Shown: positions 57,845 to 64,000 of the stretch, one piece after another
How the letters are laid out: every line of letters starts with the position of its first letter
Numbering within the stretch: the first letter of the stretch is position 1
NCBI GenBank assembly: GCA_002269645.1
Contig: NIVC01002432.1
Span: 110,579 to 174,578, forward strand
Origin: Macrostomum lignano
Lineage: Eukaryota
Direction: 5' to 3'
Length of the DNA stretch: 64,000 nucleotides
Position numbers and translations under genes: made by a program
Notes under the pieces: model-generated
Seen by the model: only the letters and a program-made list of their open reading frames with translations
What the model was told of the DNA's origin: nothing
Database searches by the model: none

Positions 57845-58965
57845 TTAGCGCCGCTTTAAGCTAGATTTTAGCGCCAATTTAGGCTAGATATTAGCGCCAC
57901 TTTAAGCTAGATTTTAGCGCCAATTTAGGCTAGATATTAGCGCCACTTTAAGCTAGGTTGTAGCGTCAATTTAGGCTAGATTTTAGCGCCACTTTAAGCT
58001 AGATTTTAGCGCCACTTTAAGCTTGGTAGTAGCGCCAATTTAGGCTAGATATTAGCGCCATTTTAAGCTAGGTTGTAGCGCCAATTTAGGCTAGATATTA
58101 GCACCACTTTAAGCTAGGTTGTAGCACCAATTTAGGCTAGATTTTAGCGCCACTTTAAGCTAGGTTGTAGCGCCAATTTAGGCTAGATTTTAGCGCCACT
58201 TTAAGCTAGGTTGTAGCGCCAATTTAGGCTAGATTTTAGCGCCACTTTAAGCTAGATTTTAGCGCCAATTTAGGCTAGATTTTAGCGCCACTTTAAGCTT
58301 GGTTGTAGCGCTAATTTAGGCTAGATATTAGCACCACTTTAAGCTAGGTTGTAGCGCCAATTTAGGCTAGATTTTAGCGCCACTTTAAGCTTGGTTGTAG
58401 CGCCAATTTAGGCTAGATATTAGCGCCACTTAAAGCTAGGTTGTAGCGCCAATTTAGGCTAGATTTTAGCGCCACTTTAAGCTTGGTTGTAGCGCCAATT
58501 TAGGCTAGATATTAGCGCCACTTTAAGCTTGGTTGTAGCGCCAATTTAGGCTAGATATTAACGCCACTTTAAGCTTGGTTGTAGCGCCAATTTAGGCTAG
58601 ATATTAGCGCCACTTTAAGCTAGGTTGTAGCGCCAATTTAGGCTAGATATTAGCGCCACTTTAAGCTAGGTTGTAGCGCCAATTTAGGCTAGATATTAGC
58701 GCCACTTTAAGCTAGGTTGTAGCGCCAATTTAGGCTAGATATTAGCGCCACTTTAAGCTAGGTTGTAGCGCCAATTTAGGCTAGATATTAGCGCCACTTT
58801 AAGCTAGGTTGTAGCGCCAATTTAGGCTAGATATTAACGCCACTTTAAGCTAGGTTGTAGCGCCAATTTAGGCTAGATATTAGCGCCACTTTAAGCTAGG
58901 TTTTAGCGCCAATTTAGGCTGGCTATTAGCGCCACTGTAGACTAGATTTTAGCGCCACTATAGCA
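57845..58965. repeat. 46-bp dimeric minisatellite (TAGCGCCACTTTAAGCTAGGTTG + TAGCGCCAATTTAGGCTAGATAT)n
   Basis: Alternating 23-bp subunits. Confidence 0.95.
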
Positions 58966-60404
58966 GGCTATAGATTTTATAGAATACTAATTATTTTATT
59001 AAGCTCCACAGCTAAAATGAAAAAGTTGATGCTATCCTGGACACCTGTTGCTTCACTTATCCACTATATTCTCGACTCTACTCTATTTAAAGCCTTAGGT
59101 TGCAGCATGCGCCATATATTAGATGCTGGAGGCAGTCTCTCAATTGTGAAGAATCTCAATGAGGAGGAGGTCACCTGCAGTTCTCTCGCCCTTCAACCCC
59201 CCCCCCGACTCGTGTCCGCCACTGTCCGGACTGGGGCGGGCAGTGATTGATGAAGTTGAAGAGACTGACCGCTATATACCCTTATATTGCATGCCTGGCT
59301 CGTGTCTTGGCGGTCATCACCTTGATTTTGACCGGCTGCCCATCCAGGATACTGGCACTGCCTGCACGCGCCATTAGATGAAGTCTTTGTCTGTTAATCT
59401 CAATTCGAGTATAGATTGAGAAAATTGTTTCTATCGAATCCAACAGGACAGACAAGATTTGAGATATGATTATTTTGATTGCGAAGGCTCTCATGCAGCA
59501 GCTCTATAAGCTCTGCTCGGAAGGAAATAACCTGTTGGAGTGCAGCAAATCTGTTTTCTCATTACAAAAATTTTACGCGGGTAGCAACGGACAATCAGAG
59601 AAAAAACGCGCGCACATTGAGGTCGAGACAATTTCTTAACAAACATTTTCGTTCGTAGCAATCTAACATTTGGGTTTCAATTTTGACCAAAAAAAATCAA
59701 TTAAATTGCCAAAAATTTTAGTCTCCGAGAGGATTTGGAAGAAGGACAACAGAGAGGCAGGGAGATACTTGATTGAAACATAGAAAAATTTCTTTGACTA
59801 AAGAAAGAAGGAAGATAATGAAATGCAAAAGAAGAAGATTCCTGCGTGCCGGTCTCAAAGGAAATTGTGGAGGGAGTGGGTCGGCGGTGAGAATTGTCTT
59901 CTGTGTGACAGGCAATCTTGAGGAATTGAATAAATCGTGGCGGGAGGTGGCTGGATGAGGCGGGTGGCAACGGAGGGGGGCAAGGATGAGGCTGGTGGCA
60001 CACTGAAGACAATTTTTGACAATTGACTGTTTAGGCTTATATAGAAAAGCAATATTTAATTGGTGTCTTACCAGTTTTATAACCTTGGCCTGTTTCTAGT
60101 CTGTTTCTTAGAAATTAAATATATTCTTCCCCAGTGACTGCATAAGTTACTAGAGGAATACTTTTTTTGACCCCCCAGTTGTTAAGGCGGTCGGTTTGAG
60201 AAATGAACCTTGAGAAGTAAGAACGTGAATATTAAATACTTTAACTATATAGATCACAAATATGCAAGTTTATCAATGTCTGCATTAATTTGACTTGTTT
60301 CAGATTTGCTACCTCGATTGTGCAATGATTAATTATATAATCAAGAAATTTAAGATTCAGCTAACTTAAGACCCTCTTAGCTTCATGACTGATTAGCTGA
60401 GAGG

Positions 60405-62340
60405 AATCTGAACTGTCTGTTGGGGAATCTGAACTGTCTGTGGGGAATCGGAACTGTCTGTGGGAATCTGAACTGTCTGTGGGGAATTGGAACTGTCTGT
60501 TGGGGAAATCTGAACTGTCTGTGGGGAATCTGAACTGTCTGTGGGGAATCTGAACTGTCTGTGGGGAATCGGAACTGTCTGTGGGGAATCTGAACTGTCT
60601 GTGGGAATTGGAACTGTCTGTTGGGGAATCTGAACTGTCTGTGGGGAATCTGAACTGTCTGTGGGGAATCGGAACTGTCTGTTGGGGAATCTGAATTGTC
60701 TGTGGGAATCAGAACTGTCTGAGGGGAATCAGAACTGTCTGTGGGGAATCGGAACTGTCTGTAGGAATCGGAACTGTCTGTGAGGAATCGAAACTGTCTG
60801 TGGGGAATCTGAACTGTCTGTGGGGAATCGGAACTGTCTGTTGGGGAATCTGAATTGTCTGTGGGGAATCAGAACTGTCTGTGGGGAATCAGAACTGTCT
60901 GTGGGGAATCGGAACTGTCTGTAGGGAATCGGAACTGTCTGTGAGGAATCGAAACTGTCTGTGGGAATCTGAACTGTCTGTGGGGAATCGGAACTGTCTG
61001 TTGGGGAATCTGAATTGTCTGTGGGGAATCAGAACTGTCTGTGGGGAATCAGAACTGTCTGTGGGGAATCAGAACTGTCTGTGGGGAATCGGAACTGTCT
61101 GTTGGGGAATCTGAATTGTCTGTGGGGAATCAGAACTGTCTGTGGGGAATCGGAACTGTCTGTGGGGAATCGGAACTGTCTGTAGGGAATCGGAACTGTC
61201 TGTGAGGAATCGAAACTGTCTGTGGGAATCTGAACTGTCTGTGGGAATCGGAACTGTCTGTGGGGAATCAGAACTGTCTGTGGGGAATCAGAACTGTCTG
61301 TGGGGAATCTGAACTGTCTGTGGGGAATCGGAACTGTCTGTTGGGGAATCTGAATTGTCTGTGGGGAATCTGAACTGTCTGTGAGGAAGCTGAACTGTCT
61401 GTGAGAAATCTGAACTGTCTGTGAGGAATCGGAACTGTCTGTGAGGAATCTGAACTGTCTGTGGGGAATCGGAACTGTCTGTTGGGGAAGCTGAACTGTC
61501 TGTTGGGGAAGCTGAACTGTCTGTGGGGAATCTGAACTGTCTGTGGGGAATCTGAACTGTCTGTGGGAATCTGAACTGTCTGTGAGGAAGCTGAACTGTC
61601 TGTGAGAAATCTGAACTGTCTGTGAGGAATCGGAACTGTCTGTGAGGAATCTGAACTGTCTGTGGGAATCGGAACTGTCTGTGGGGAAGCTGAACTGTCT
61701 GTTGGGGAAGCTGAACTGTCTGTGGGGAATCTGAACTGTCTGTGGGGAATCTGAACTGTCTGTGGGGAAGCTGAACTGTCTGTGGGGAATCGGAACTGTC
61801 TGTTGCGGAAGCTGAACTGTCTGTGGGGAATCTGAACTATCTGTGGGGAAGCTGAACTGTCTGTGAGGAATCGGAACTGTCTGTGAGGAATCTGAACTGT
61901 CTCTGTGGGAATCTGAACTGTCTGTGGGGAAGCTGAACTGTCTGTTGGGGAATCTGAACTGTCTGTGAGGAATCTGAACTGTCTGTGAGGAATCTGAACT
62001 GTCTGTGGGAATCGGAACTGTCTGTAGGGAATCGGAACTGTCTGTGGGGAATCGGAACTGTCTGTAGGGAATCTGAACTGTCTGTGGGAGAATCGGAACT
62101 ATCTGTGGGGAATCTGAACTGTCTGTGGGAAGCTGAACTGTCTGTGAGGAATCTGAACTGTCTGTGAGGAATCGGAACTGTCTGTGGGGAATCTGAACTG
62201 TCTGTGGGGAATCGGAACTGTCTGGGGAATCTGAACTGTCTGTGGGAAGCTGAACTGTCTGTGAGGAATCTGAACTGTCTGTGAGGAATCGGAACTGTCT
62301 GTTGGGGGAGTCTGAACTGTCTCTGGGGAATCTGAACTGT
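60405..62340. repeat. ~21-bp minisatellite (GGAATCTGAACTGTCTGTGGG)n
   Basis: About 90 units. Confidence 0.96.
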
Positions 62341-63014
62341 CTCTCTATGGGTTTACACTAAGCTTAAAGCATAGAAGAAAGGGAAAAGACATTACAATAC
62401 ATTCAAGAACTGCTGCACTGTCCATGTATGATGCTCCTTGCTCAACCTGCGGCTATGCTGATCACAATTAATGCCCATTCAATGCTCGCATCAGATGCCT
62501 ATCAGACAGATAGAATCAAATTTGAACTCAAATCGAAATCGTAAAAGTGAAAAAAAGGCTGACAAAATTGCCGGCTGTCGATCACAACTTTCCATTTGTT
62601 TCGTTGCAACCTGCATGAGAAGCATTGATTAATGCGCCTATTATGTATGTCTGAAACTGCATGAGCGCTGAATTACAGATGTTGCATTAGTGACACTGAT
62701 TAGTGATGAGGCAATGGGTTAGATGTCACAGAGCTGACCTGCATGCGACACTGTGCAAGGCTTAGCAATATTGTCTGTCCAATGGGGCCCGTATATGAGC
62801 TGAGTGACGCAACAAATTATAATTGTTGGAGCAAAATTTTACTCAAAAATGGTGTGGGCCCTGGTGGGGAGCACGTTCGCGCAATGCTTGAAAATCAAAT
62901 CGATATTAAAAATATTGCTATTGCTCTCGTAGGCGCGTGCTTGAGCAGCACATGAGCTTTTGAACTGCAGTGGTTTCGACATCGACCGACCTATCTTAGC
63001 TTACCAACTTCTGT

Positions 63015-63480
63015 AATGAATCTACCTGCCTGTCTACCTACCTGTCTACCTACCTGTCTATCTACCTGTCTATCTACATGTCTACTTGCCTGTCTAATTA
63101 CCTGTCTACTTACCTGTCTATCTACCTGTCTACTTACCTGTCCATCTACCTGTCTACTTACCTGTCTATCTACCTGTCTATCTACCTGTCTATCTACCTG
63201 TCTACCTACCTGTCTACTTACCTGTCTACTTACCTGTATACATACTTGTATACTTACCTGTCTATCTACCTGTCTACCTGCCTGTCTATCTACCTGTCTA
63301 CCTGCCTGTCTACCTTGTCTACCTGGTACCTAGCTGTCTACCTACCTGTCTACCTTGTCTACCAACCTGTCTGCATTCCTATCTACCTACCTGTTGATTT
63401 ACATATCTATCGAATTATCTACCTTACTATTACCTACCTGTCTATCTACCTGTCTATCTACCTGTCTATCTACCTGTCCA
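63015..63480. repeat. 12-bp minisatellite (TCTACCTGTCTA)n
   Basis: Tandem variants; TCLS/YLST ORFs are artefacts. Confidence 0.92.
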
Positions 63481-64000
63481 ACTCCCCCTAAACCCTCTCC
63501 AGTACATGTAAAATTTTACTTCCCTTTTCTCGTCAGAATTCCTCAAACTCTGGCATATAAAATTCAAGTGCAGCCGTTCCTATGCGAGATTGCTCACCGC
63601 AGCCTCTCAGTCTCCCAATTCCAGGTGTAAAACTGAATCAAAGTTCCTCCCCCGCAGCTTTTATTACCGATCGTCAAAGAAGATTTTCTTCTTTTAAATA
63701 GCAGAAAAAGCTACTCCGGAAACGCCTGGGAACGTTTTACTCATTCAAACAAACCCGCAAAAAAAAAAAATTGCTCTGCAGGCTTGTAAAATACTTCGAT
63801 GCGAGTTTCTTCTCACTTCAAATGAGTCGCTGAAATTTTTTGCTTTTTTTAAGCCACGCAAAGCCGCCACGTGGCAAATTAAAATTGCTTTTATGATCCT
63901 AGGGCATTGCCGCTTAACAACACAACAATAAAATGTATGTAATGTCCTCATCTTGAGAAGTCTCACCGGGTGGACCTCATGGCAGTCAATGTGTGTTTAC

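Overview
Metazoan genomic DNA with spliced genes. The CpG-rich exons, poly-Ala/Gln tracts, RTE LINE fragment and minisatellite-filled introns suggest a free-living flatworm such as Macrostomum; this is inference, not a database result. Four spliced genes can be assembled by hand with consistent GT-AG phases: a degenerate four-EF-hand protein (+, 530-2025, possibly 5'-partial), FoxF (+, 7239-13182, 436 aa), p97/VCP/Cdc48 (-, 14939-24377, 792 aa) and RB1CC1/FIP200/Atg11 (+, 31553-46800, about 1396 aa). VCP and RB1CC1 are head-to-head. About 30 tandem arrays fill introns and intergenic space and produce most of the long ORFs in the track, which are artefacts. The most unusual zone is a sharply bounded AT-rich, CpG-eroded domain (about 19.7-32.5 kb) centred on the VCP/RB1CC1 5' ends. 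It holds two mariner fossils with clear CpG-decay signatures, a 4.86-kb element with 524-bp inverted arms and an 8-bp TSD, a 62-bp miniature with the same termini, three copies of a MITE carrying a CLEAR-type (G/A)TCACGTGAC core, and an inverted Penelope-like pair of dead hammerhead motifs. The last 17 kb has no recognisable gene. No rRNA, intact tRNA or CRISPR array was found.
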